This document shows positions 19,601-29,057 of a stretch of DNA of 64,000 nucleotides, one piece after another. The position numbers and the translations under genes were made by a program. The notes beneath the pieces are model-generated. The model was not told the origin of the DNA, ran no database searches, and saw only the letters and a list, made by a program, of their open reading frames with translations. This stretch comes from a virus: IMG/VR virus record IMGVR_UViG_3300046694_000202, positions 1-64,000 of that record. The stretch is one strand, 5' to 3'. Numbering within the stretch: the stretch's first letter is position 1; every line of letters starts with the position of its first letter.

Positions 19601-22600
19601 CCCATGCGGCTTCCTTCGAGGCGCAGCACATAGCACTCGACCTCGCGCCCTTGGAAATACGGCTTCAACTCGGTCGGCCCTTTGATCAGGCGATCCGCGA
19701 GGATGAAGCGCTCCATGACCGGAGTCGCGACCTTGATCATGCGATCGGTGTTGTGCGCAGGCTCGAACTTCCACTCACGGCCGAACTTGTCGATGTGTGG
19801 CATGGTCACTCCCCCAGGAACTTGGTGAGGTCTTCGATTGTGGTCTCGATGTGGCGCAACCCCTCGTTGATTGCGTCGACGGCCTTCTCCAGCTCGTCAC
19901 GTGAGATCTCCAACTCCTCGATTTCGCGCTCCACCTTCTGGCCACCCGTGGCCTCGCGCCAGTCTTCGTCCCGCGCGAGGAAGTCGTCTTCGTACTGCAC
20001 GTGCGCGTCGTGGAGCTGCGAGTGCAGGTCTTCGAGCGGCACGATCTGGATCGTCTCCAGATAGGCCTGGAGTTCGTTGCGAATGCGCTTGATGTCGTCG
20101 AACTGGGTCTTAGTCAGCATCACTGTCTCCATACGCAGACTGGATCTTCTTGTTGGTATGGGAGCAGTACAGATCGACATCTTCCCAGTTGATGTCGAGC
20201 GCGATCACACGCCATCCGTTGCTCCGGTCGTTCGCGATGATCGCGTTGCGGATCTCGTTGGCGTTCGCCACTGCTGCGTCCCACGACAGCGCTTCGCCGT
20301 CCGAGCAGATGAAGTAGCACGGGTAGCCACCGGGCCATGCATAGGGTCCATCTTCACGATGGATGGCCTTGTTGAAGTCCCACAGGGTTTTGATAAGCAT
20401 GATTGTCCTCGTTAGCCCGCCGAAGCGGGCGAATGCAGGTTGATGTGGGATGTCAGGAGATGGTGCAGCCGTGGGTCTTCGAGTACGTGAAGACGCGCAC
20501 CTTGCCCTTGTAGTCGACGTTCACGGTGTCAACACGTGAGCCGGTTTCTTCGCGGAAGTCGCGCAGCATCGATTCGATCTGCAGGGCCAGCAGCTTCACT
20601 GCGGTGCTCATCTCGCGCTCGGTGTACGGTGCGGCTTCAGCGGGCGGTGCAGCGAGTTCGGTGGACTCGACGGCTGCGTGTTCGTTGTTCGTGATTGCGT
20701 TCATGGTGTCTTGATCCAGTGAAAGTGCGACAGTCGCACGTTGTGGTGGTGTTGAACTGCTCAGTACTCGCGGTCTGCTTTCTGGAACAGGTGATCGAAT
20801 GCCTTTTCGATCGCTGCCCGGTTACTGCTGTCAGCGTGTTGCCACGTCCCATACAACCTTGCTGCGAACTCGCCGAGGTTGATGAGCTTCTGGGCTGTGT
20901 GCTCTCGCTGCTCACGTGACATCGATCCCATGTGCGTGCTCTCACGCTCGTAGTGCTGCCATGCGTTTGCAAGTGCTTCATCGATCGACTTGAAGTACAG
21001 ACTCTTGCCGAGTTGGCGCGTCTGCCAGTAGCTACCCTCGGGGTTTTCGAGAATCTGATAGCCCCAAGGTGGCGGCATCTTCATCTCAGTGACCCAGTAG
21101 TCGGTGCCTTCGCACTCGCTGTCGATGAAGCTCGACACGTGGTCCGAATCCTCGAACGGGCCGTGATAGAACAGCCCCTCCACCGGGTTGCCGGTGATGA
21201 CGAGTAGTTGCTTCTTCATGCCGCCACCTGTTCGAACTGCTCGCCGAACACTTCAGCTTCTACGAGCTGATACGTGTAGCGCGGCCGGCCGTGGAAGTAC
21301 TTCGTGTCGATGACGAGGCCGCATTGCTTGGCCAAGCGATCGATGATCTCTTCCGGGTGGTGCGAGCCGTGATAGTCCATGTGATGGAAGATCTGCTCTT
21401 CGAGCGCTGCGTGGAACGCGGCCTCGACGTAGGGTGCCCGGTCTTTCGCGTCGTCCATCATCTGCTCGAACGTTGCGAACGGGCCATGTGTGGTGGTCAT
21501 GGTGTGTTGATCCGTGAAGGTTGAAGGTTAAAAGTGCGACCGTCGCACTTTACATATCCGGCGTGTGCGTCACTTGCTTGCCGTGCCCATCGGGCTGCAC
21601 ATCCGTCTCGGCCAGGGTGACGGACACCAGATGCTGCTTGCTCTTCGGTGCCTTGAACTGGGCGATTGCCTTGGTCTTGGCTTCGAGTAGCGTGTTCGCG
21701 TAGATCTCCGCGCGTTTGCTGTTGAAGAAAGCGATGTATCCGTTCATTGCATCTCCTTTAGGTGCTGCTGCTGAATCCCGCCAACAGTTCGACGGTAAGC
21801 GGGCCTTGAAACGTGCCGACGCGATCGCACTGGTGAACGTAGTGGTCGCGGTCTTCCGGGTCATAGCCGTTGTCGTAGTACAGGCTGTGAACGAACAACT
21901 CAGTGGCCTGCTTCTCGGACTCAGCCGGGATCAGGTCAGCGACATCATCGTCCCAGCCATCGAGTCGGCCGCAGAGAAGGAACAGGTGTTTCATTTACGT
22001 CTCCTTTTCTTGGTGGTGCGCAGGATGTCCCTTCGAATCGTCTGCACGAAGATCGCCAGCACGAATGCACCGATTGCGAGGAGGACGAACCAGACCAGGA
22101 TCAGCCCGAGCGGGTTACTCGGATCGATGGGCGTGCGCTCTTGGAAGAGACCACGAACCATGCCGCTCGTTTCCGCCAGTGCTGTGCGTGCTGGGTTCGT
22201 GAGCAGGTACACGAGCAGCGCGACGTGCTTATTCATCAGCGTCCTCCACGCCTTCGATCGAGATCTCGATGTCGTAGCCTTCAACCGCGCCCGTGATGGT
22301 CGGATCCCCGTCGAACACCATCGTGCCTTCGGTGTCGAGATAGTTGTGGACCCACTCCAAGCGGCCCTCGGGCGGCACGTCATCGGGTACCTTGATGAAC
22401 AGCGTCTCGCACTCCCACACCGCTTGCATACGGTGGACAGTCAGGATCTTAGGCATCAGGAACCTCCACTTCGTTGAAGGACTTCACATCAGTCGAGCAG
22501 TCGTCGCAGAAGCCGTCGTCAAAGATGCCCGAGAGTTCCCAATCCTGCTTCTCGATGTTCCAGCGCACCGTCGCATCGCGGCCCACGTCATCGCCGCCGC

Positions 22601-22980
22601 AATATGGGCAGACCATCTTGATCTTAGGCATGGCTCCCTCAGACGTTCATGTATTCGGAGATCTCGACGAAGTACTTCCGTCCCTTGACCTTCTTCGCAC
22701 GAGCACGCGCCTGCCAGTGCCCGCAGCAGTCGTGCTCGCAGCGGCAACCGTAGTCCAGCTCGAATTCGAGCGCCTTGACCGCATCGCGCTTCTTCACACC
22801 ACGCGGTGCGACGACCGACAGCAGCCGGGTACGGTGCTCACCATCCGCGGAGTAGATGACGTTGTCGAATGAGTTGCCGAGCAGCTTGAATGCGCCTACA
22901 TACTCCGAGCGTTCGAGATGACTCCAACCCGAGCGGTACTGGCTCGTGAGCGGCTTATGGGCGTACAGGATCTCAGGCAT
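16628..22980 (-). CDS. Array of about 20 small hypothetical early genes (e.g. 16628-16855, 16852-17340, 17340-17525, 17494-17958, 18092-18340, 18337-18606, 18603-18827, 18852-19082, 19079-19432, 19429-19809, 19806-~20132, 20110-20400, 20453-20704, 20761-21219, 21216-21500, 21550-~21747, 21758-21994, 21991-~22236, 22229-22456, 22449-22631, 22639-22980)
   Basis: Head-to-tail minus-strand ORFs with frequent ATGA overlaps, mostly acidic; 22449-22631 has a CPYC...CDDC zinc-ribbon pattern. Confidence 0.65.
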
Positions 22981-23278
22981 GAGCAGGCTCCAGCGGCAGG
23001 TACATGGATGCCTTCGAGTACTCGTCGAGCACATCGCGAATCAGGCGTGCATTGCGGCGATCGACCGTGAGTGCGTTCACGACGTTGGCGAGCGTGAACT
23101 GCGTGGCTACATCGGGTGCCCCGAACTCGGCGGCGTACAGCTTGAACAGACGCTGTCGCAGCTTGGCGGGGATGGCAGTCTCGCATTCGTGCTTTGCTGC
23201 TTCAGCCATCGTGGCGAATTCGAGGCCGTCGCAACTCTTGTAACGCTTGAGTTCGCGCATGTTAGGCCTCGTCTTCAA
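22973..23278 (-). CDS. Hypothetical protein, paralogue 3 of a tandem trio
   Basis: YKSCDGLEFATMAEAAKHECETAIPA. Confidence 0.7.
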   Translation of the reverse strand: MKTRPNMRELKRYKSCDGLEFATMAEAAKHECETAIPAKLRQRLFKLYAAEFGAPDVATQFTLANVVNALTVDRRNARLIRDVLDEYSKASMYLPLEPAHA

Positions 23279-23600
23279 TGATACGGTCGACGATCGAGCG
23301 CTTCGATTCGAGGAACGATTTCATGTTGTCGAGCTGCTGCACATCGTGGCGCAGCTTGGTGTAGTCCGAGAGGAGTTCCCCGAACACTACCGACTGGCTC
23401 ACAAGCACCAGCGCGAGCTTGTCAGCCGCAGAGGGTGAGAGTTCGATGCCCTCTTGCGTGAGTGCGCAGTGCTTGAGCAGCTTGGAGATGGAGCGCGGGA
23501 TAGCAATGCCGTGTTCATGGCGTGTGGCTTCTTCACGGCTGGTGAAGGTGGCGCCGTCGCGCGTTTCGTAGGTCTCGATGACCTTGAGGGGTTTGTGCAT
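23262..23600 (-). CDS. Hypothetical protein, paralogue 2 of a tandem trio
   Basis: YETRDGATFTSREEATRHEHGIAIPR; ATG 23600. Confidence 0.7.
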   Translation of the reverse strand: MHKPLKVIETYETRDGATFTSREEATRHEHGIAIPRSISKLLKHCALTQEGIELSPSAADKLALVLVSQSVVFGELLSDYTKLRHDVQQLDNMKSFLESKRSIVDRIIEDEA

Positions 23601-23686
23601 GGTCTTGATCCGTGAGATTAGAAGTGATGGTGGAAAGTGCGACGGTCGCACTTTCCACTTCGAAGCTCAGTGGTGGATGAGCTGTC

Positions 23687-23983
23687 TTACGCTGCTGCCT
23701 GTTCGTCGTGGTGCTTTTCGAGCGCGTCGATCTGAGCCACGGTGTCGCGGGCTGCGATGTACTGATCGAGGAACGATCGCATCGCGTTCGGGTTCTGCAA
23801 CATGGCGGTCACCAGCGGCTTGAGGCCGTCAGGGTTCAGCACCATGTTGTTGAGCGCTGCGTATGAGCCTTGGATCTGCTCGATGATCGCAGCCGGGATC
23901 GCCTTGGTCATCTCGTGGCGCAGGCCGTCTTTCTGCGTGTTGTGGTTGACGCCGTCACGCGATTGGTAGAGTTGTTTCAACAT
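23687..23983 (-). CDS. Hypothetical protein, paralogue 1 of a tandem trio
   Basis: YQSRDGVNHNTQKDGLRHEMTKAIPA. Confidence 0.7.
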   Translation of the reverse strand: MLKQLYQSRDGVNHNTQKDGLRHEMTKAIPAAIIEQIQGSYAALNNMVLNPDGLKPLVTAMLQNPNAMRSFLDQYIAARDTVAQIDALEKHHDEQAAA

Positions 23984-24210
23984 GATGTTTGTTATCCGTT
24001 AGAGATTAGAGTTAGGTACAGCTCGAAGCTCACTGCATCAGTGCGACTGTCGCACTTTTCGTTCGTCTTCCACTACGTTGACCGTCTGGCGCGGCCTATC
24101 TGTTGCCCACACGCGCAGGTCATTCGCGCGTATGAAATCGATGGCTTCATCGATTGTCTTGAACTCGCCGAATTCGTGGCCAGTTCGCTTGTGCTTCACG
24201 GTCCACGTGT

Positions 24211-24821
24211 TCATGCTGGGAACACCGCAAGCACGCTCTCCGGGAACAACAGCCGGCCACCCGAGAAGAAGATGATCCCGCTTCGTTCACCGATGCGGAC
24301 GATCACATCCTGCTTCTCGACGCCGTAGTTGATGTAGCGCACGGTGTCGCCGACTTTGTACAGGTTGAGCGGGGGATTCGACTCGATCAGCTCGCTCATG
24401 ATGCGGCCTCGATCTTGACCTTCTGGAAGTCGTAGGGGTTGACCTGCACGAACATCACTTGATGGAACAGATCGGCGAGGTAGTCCTTGATCCCGTTGCG
24501 GTCAATGCCAGAGATCTTGAGAACCGCGCCATATTCGAGCGAGGGTGTGACCACGACTTGATGGTCTGTCCATCCGGCATACACGCCGTGCTCGTTCATG
24601 TGGTGAAACGACGTGTTGAACACGAGCTTGTTGCTCTTGCACTCGTCTTTCGCGAGCTTGACGCCCGCATCGAGGCCTGAACCAGAGGGCAAGTGCTCCT
24701 TGAGCATGGCGTCGAGGGTGTTGCGGTGGTGGTCGCGCCACTCGGTGTTGCCATCCGCGTCGCAGCGTTCGATGGTTGCCAGCAGCGATGCGATGGCTGA
24801 GTACAGCGGTACGGTGGTCAT
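24211..24821 (-). CDS. Two hypothetical early genes (24211-24399, 24396-24821)
   Basis: Coupled ORFs; the larger has LPSGSGLD and FHHMNEHG.Y.GWT blocks. Confidence 0.7.
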
Positions 24822-25419
24822 GCGTCATGTCTCCGTGGTGGAAGGGTTTACCAGAGGCTCTACAACGGCCTCGTGCGGGCCTCTGGCTACGTGGGCCTAT
24901 CCGAAGGCTCACGAGCGGCGTGGCGGTACCGCAAATCAAGCGAGAAGTGCGACGGTCGCACTTTATGAGAGTGCGATTGCTGCGAGGCTGAGGAGAATGA
25001 GCACGCAGACGGCTCCGATTGCTCGATCCCAGCGATGCGCGGATTGCTGCTGTGCGGGCGTCAGGTGCAGGGTCACTCGCAGGTCGAGCGATGCGGAGCG
25101 TTGAGCGCGAGCACGAGCGCGGAGCGGGAGCTGGAGCGGCCACCTGATGGCGTCGAGCGCGGCCTCTACGTCGCGTAGCGATCGGAGGGCGTGACTAGGG
25201 CAGGAGCTGGAGCTAGAGCCGAGAGCAGGAGCTGAGAGCATGGTCGTGTTGTGTGGCGGTGTAGCTGTAGCGGCTTGCGTGGTGGTGGCCGCATTACGAA
25301 GGTGCAAGGATACCGGTTTCTTACGATCGGGATTCATGGTCGTGGTGGATTTATCTGATAGAGAGGCCAAAACGCAACACGGGCCAGCGTGCAGCGTCCG
25401 CAGAGGGACAAGTAAAGGT

Positions 25420-25780
25420 TTCGTTTTTCCTTTTTTCTATTAAAAATTAAATATCTGATACTTGTTGCTCATGCATGAAAGAGAAATTCCTAATGCTTTC
25501 CTTGTCCCCTCTCTCTTTGATACTTCTTCTTCTTTTATTCTTTGAAAAGGAAGGAAGAAAGAAAGAATATAATATATAGCTAAGTACTTGATTTTAAAGG
25601 ACTTTTGCCTCAACTATCTGATAGTTGAAACGAGGAAAAATCCGCGCACGGCGCCCATTTTGGTTCCACTGTGGTCTCTTGGTGCCCCGCGAACCACCAC
25701 TGTGGTACCGCGACGGTGCGGTCGGTTTATCCACAATGTGGACAGCCGATGGTTACGCCCCCCACAAAATTCCACAATGC
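25420..25780. other. AT-rich tract with adjacent DnaA box; candidate origin or terminal control region
   Basis: Visibly AT-rich 25420-25610 in a high-GC genome; perfect TTATCCACA at 25727-25735. Confidence 0.45.
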
Positions 25781-25877
25781 GTAACGCATTTCACACTGTT
25801 GAACGCGCGCCGGCTACAGCTCCACCGCCGATTTCAACACGCACACAGTGCGGTTACCCACTAACCCGCACTAACTC

Positions 25878-26318
25878 TCACCGCGCCGGCTTCACACGCA
25901 CGGAGCAGCCCCATGCCTCAGCCAACATCTCCACGCGCAGTACCCGCACCCGCTCCTGCGCCTTCTCCTGCTGCACGGCACGCTCCCGCGACCGGCTCAG
26001 ACGCCGCTCCACATGCGTGCTAAAGCGCACTGGTTCAGGCGCTGGAGCTGTAGCGGGTTCCGCGTCAGGACGCGCCCATTCCGGCATCTGTTCCAGAGTC
26101 GTGTCACCGCGCGCCAATGCACGGCGCAGCATGGCGATCTGGGCCTCGCGCGGCGTGAAGTTCTGCACGAGCTTCGGCTTGTCCAGCTGGTCCGTCTTGG
26201 GCGCATAAGCACGTGTCACAGACAGCGGCTTACGCCAGCGACCGGGGCCACGCTCCGGATCATCTTGCCCATACTCTTTCACGTACATCCACGAGAGCGC
26301 GCCCATCTTGGTCTCCAA
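25878..26318 (-). CDS. Hypothetical early protein
   Basis: Basic 146-aa ORF immediately downstream of a palindrome copy; start may be the ATG near 26306. Confidence 0.5.
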   Translation of the reverse strand: METKMGALSWMYVKEYGQDDPERGPGRWRKPLSVTRAYAPKTDQLDKPKLVQNFTPREAQIAMLRRALARGDTTLEQMPEWARPDAEPATAPAPEPVRFSTHVERRLSRSRERAVQQEKAQERVRVLRVEMLAEAWGCSVRVKPAR

Positions 26319-26600
26319 TAAAGTGCGACCGTCGCACTTTTCAAATAACGTCGCAAAAACGGATTATTAGACGCGCTACCACTCCAGCCGCTGCGTGAGA
26401 ATTACGCGGCTGATAATGGCGCACGAGCAGACGCTGCCCCTGAAGCGGGAGCAGTTTTCATAATCGACCTCTTTAAATTTTGGTCCGATGAAGGGCCAAA
26501 ATTTAAAGGGGCGCCTCTATAGGGGAAGCGCGAAAAGAACCAACCGGCGCGAGCCGGTCGGCTTTTTTAAAACGCGCCACTAGTGGCGCGCGCTAGGCGC

Positions 26601-27464
26601 TTACACTGCTACGGTTTCGGCCTTTGCCTTGCGCTTACCCTTCGGCGCGGATTGTGCGACCGTCGCACGTTCTGCTGCTGCTGCTGCCGCGCGTTCTGCG
26701 TCAGCCTTTTCCGCCTCTTCGCGCCGTGCGTTGCGTTCGATGCGTTCCTTGTTACCCTCAAGGAGTGCATACACCGTATCAAGCGGCAGCGTGTTCAGAA
26801 CCGCGCTAGGCGCATACGGGAATAACTCCAGAATAAACGCTTCCGAGAATCGAACGCGTTCCTCATGCGGCAAAGCATCGAACGCGGCGCGCACATGTGC
26901 GACCAAGTCTGAACCCGTGCTAGGCGTACCGTTCACGCCGACAGGGGTTTGGCGTTCCTCATCATCGGCGGGCGCTGCGGGCGCTGCGGGTTTCTTGGAG
27001 GGTTCCTTACCCTTGCTTTGCGCGAAATTGAAGTGCGCGAAAAGCGCTTCCTGAGTGTACAAATCGTTATCGGAAAAGAAACCTTTCACGAGTTCAATTG
27101 CCACCTCTTCAGATTCTGCCGCTTGCACGTCCGACAGATTCAAACCCTTTGCCGTCGCTTGCTTGCAGATACCCGTTCCTTTCTCCGCATAGCGCTTTGC
27201 CGTCGCTTGCGCCGCTTGCACTTTGGTCGCTTGCTCTTCGACCGTCAGGTTTTCCCAAGCGGCGCCAACGCGCGCCGCAGCAATGGAAACCTGCAAGCGG
27301 GGGATATTGTCCGATGCAAACCCGCGTTCCTCATATCCGCCAACGCGGGCGAATGCAGCGACCGTCGCGGCATATCCGCGCATAACAACAGACGATTCGC
27401 CCGCGACGATATGCGCGCCAACGAGTGCGGCAACTTCTTTCGAAACGATTTTCTTATCGGACAT
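26601..27464 (-). CDS. First gene of the leftward early unit; Ala/Glu/Lys-rich hypothetical protein
   Basis: 287 aa with AGGGG SD; atypical codon usage; three palindromes upstream. Confidence 0.75.
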   Translation of the reverse strand: MSDKKIVSKEVAALVGAHIVAGESSVVMRGYAATVAAFARVGGYEERGFASDNIPRLQVSIAAARVGAAWENLTVEEQATKVQAAQATAKRYAEKGTGICKQATAKGLNLSDVQAAESEEVAIELVKGFFSDNDLYTQEALFAHFNFAQSKGKEPSKKPAAPAAPADDEERQTPVGVNGTPSTGSDLVAHVRAAFDALPHEERVRFSEAFILELFPYAPSAVLNTLPLDTVYALLEGNKERIERNARREEAEKADAERAAAAAAERATVAQSAPKGKRKAKAETVAV

Positions 27465-27665
27465 TTTGAACCCCTATCGATTGGTACGCTTTGGTACCGA
27501 TTAGTTAAAAGTGCGACCGTCGCACTTTCCGTCGCGCTTAGTGCGACCGTCGCACTTTGCGCACACGCTATGTGCGACGTCGCACATGGCGCGCGAACCC
27601 AACGAGCGCACGCGCCCCTTGGCCCCGCCTCCAGCCCTACACCTGCATCCATCTCCCACGTACAC

Positions 27666-27766
27666 AGGATACCACACTTTAATAGGCTGTGCGGGGCACG
27701 CCGTGGGATGGCTGTCAAGACCTTCTTTTGAATTTTTGAGATTTTCCAGGTGTGGTATGCTATAGT
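27666..27766. promoter_or_regulatory. Divergent pair of extended -10 promoters
   Basis: GTGTGGTATCCT on minus (27677-27666) and GTGTGGTATGCT on plus (27750-27761) at the point where gene orientation switches. Confidence 0.5.
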
Positions 27767-27799
27767 CTACGCAACGCCCCAACTTATGCGCTGAAAACC

Positions 27800-28168
27800 A
27801 TGATCCACACCGACTCCAGCCTGCAGATCCTGCGGGCCATCACCACCGGCCGCGACCGCTTCACAGTCAGCACCGAAGACCTAACCGCCTACTTCCGCAC
27901 CAACCCCCGCGAGTGGTTCGGGCGCAGCTACACCGCCCTCACCCTCGCCGACATCGTGGTGCCGATCGGCAAGCGGGGCCACGGCCTGTTCTCGAACCTG
28001 ATCCTCGAAACCGAATTCGTCGCCCAGGCCTGCCGCTTCGAGGCGGTCCTCATCGAGAACGCCCGCGACAGCCTCGTGAAGCCGCTCACGAAGCGCGGCT
28101 ACATGCTCCGCACCCGCGGCTATCTCCTCGCCGGAGGCGGAATCGATTTGCTCAAGGAGATCAAGTAA
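27800..28168 (+). CDS. GNAT-like acetyltransferase
   Basis: LADIVVPIGKRGHGLFSNLI (acetyl-CoA motif A-like) and N...L.KRGY; ATG 27800. Confidence 0.55.
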   Translation: MIHTDSSLQILRAITTGRDRFTVSTEDLTAYFRTNPREWFGRSYTALTLADIVVPIGKRGHGLFSNLILETEFVAQACRFEAVLIENARDSLVKPLTKRGYMLRTRGYLLAGGGIDLLKEIK

Positions 28169-28731
28169 TGCCCATGAAACCCCTGCCCCGAGATGAGTTC
28201 ACTGTCGCAATGGCGCGCGAGTGGTTCGCCTATGACTCCAGCGCCGGCTGCGTCATCCGAATCAAGAATCCAAAGAGGGGAAAGAAGACTGCGGGAGAGA
28301 GAGCTGGGTGTCTGCACAAAGCCTCGGGATTCTTCCGAGTGGCCTTCCAAGGCCTCAACGTCTATGAGCACCACCTAGTCTGGGCACTCTGCAAGGGGTA
28401 CTGGTCTCCTTTCCCTCTGAGACACAGAGATGACAACCCGACAAATAACCGTATCGAGAATCTGGTTGAAGATACAAATGCCGGAATTGGTTACAACGAG
28501 TTACAAACTCCTTCCGATTCTTACCCAGAATCAATGTCTGGAGTGGTCGCTGTAAAGAGCGGGAGATTCAGGGCACAAATTTTCAGAGAAAAATTAAGGT
28601 ACCTTGGTACCTACGACACCCCTGCGGAGGCCCACGCAGCTTACGTTCGGGCCAAACAAGTACTCCACAGTCCTCTTAATGTTGGGAAACCAACTGAAGA
28701 ACTGCTCTCTCAGCTGTTGAATGTTTCATAA
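28168..28731 (+). CDS. HNH endonuclease with C-terminal AP2-like domain (homing endonuclease type)
   Basis: HHLVW...LRHRDDNPTNNRIENL; GV...SGRFRAQI...YLGTYDTPAEAHAAY..AK..LH; lower GC; ATG 28168 with AAGGAG upstream. Confidence 0.85.
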   Translation: MPMKPLPRDEFTVAMAREWFAYDSSAGCVIRIKNPKRGKKTAGERAGCLHKASGFFRVAFQGLNVYEHHLVWALCKGYWSPFPLRHRDDNPTNNRIENLVEDTNAGIGYNELQTPSDSYPESMSGVVAVKSGRFRAQIFREKLRYLGTYDTPAEAHAAYVRAKQVLHSPLNVGKPTEELLSQLLNVS

Positions 28732-28975
28732 GCTTCATATGAGACTGACATTTCAGTGTTGAGTGTTGTCAAATTGCTAACAAGAGAGAGATTTGGCAGT
28801 TGAGAGTTGCTAACACAAAGTTGAGTGTGTATATTTCGCATCAATGCTTCGTGATCTGTGGTGGTGAGCGAAGCGCCTTGCAGCGGCCTCTAGGTCCACA
28901 AGGTCAAGATAGAAAGGTGGCCAGCCTGACTATCGGTCCCGATCCAGGGATATGTTTTGATCCGTAGAAGTGATA

Positions 28976-29011
28976 AAAGCCCCGATGACTAGCTATCATC
29001 GGGGCTTTTCC
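28976..29011. terminator. Bidirectional intrinsic terminator between convergent units
   Basis: AAAAGCCCCGATGA-CTAGCTA-TCATCGGGGCTTTT. Confidence 0.8.
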
Positions 29012-29057
29012 CATTCCAACTGTCAATAGTCTCGCTCTTTGTTGAATATTTGTAGAG

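Larger units (their letters stand above)
15745..27587. repeat. Dispersed palindrome (AA)GTGCGAC-N-GTCGCAC(TT), ten copies plus one spacer-less variant
   Basis: Copies starting near 15745, 20723, 21532, 23635, 24040, 24945, 26321, 26654, 27509 and 27540; variant ATGTGCGACGTCGCACAT at 27570-27587. Confidence 0.95.

Noticed and set aside
24963-25370. 135-aa minus-strand ORF over the GAGC-rich tract
   Set aside because: Low-complexity translation, atypical start and no supporting SD or codon pattern.
27509-27587. Clustered palindromes as a possible CRISPR array
   Set aside because: Only three adjacent copies with spacers of about 12 nt, the others kilobases apart, and no cas genes.
27600-27660. 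GC-rich stretch as a specific cos site
   Set aside because: A GpA-type terminase suggests cohesive ends, but I could not identify a convincing cosN sequence; terminus mapping is needed.
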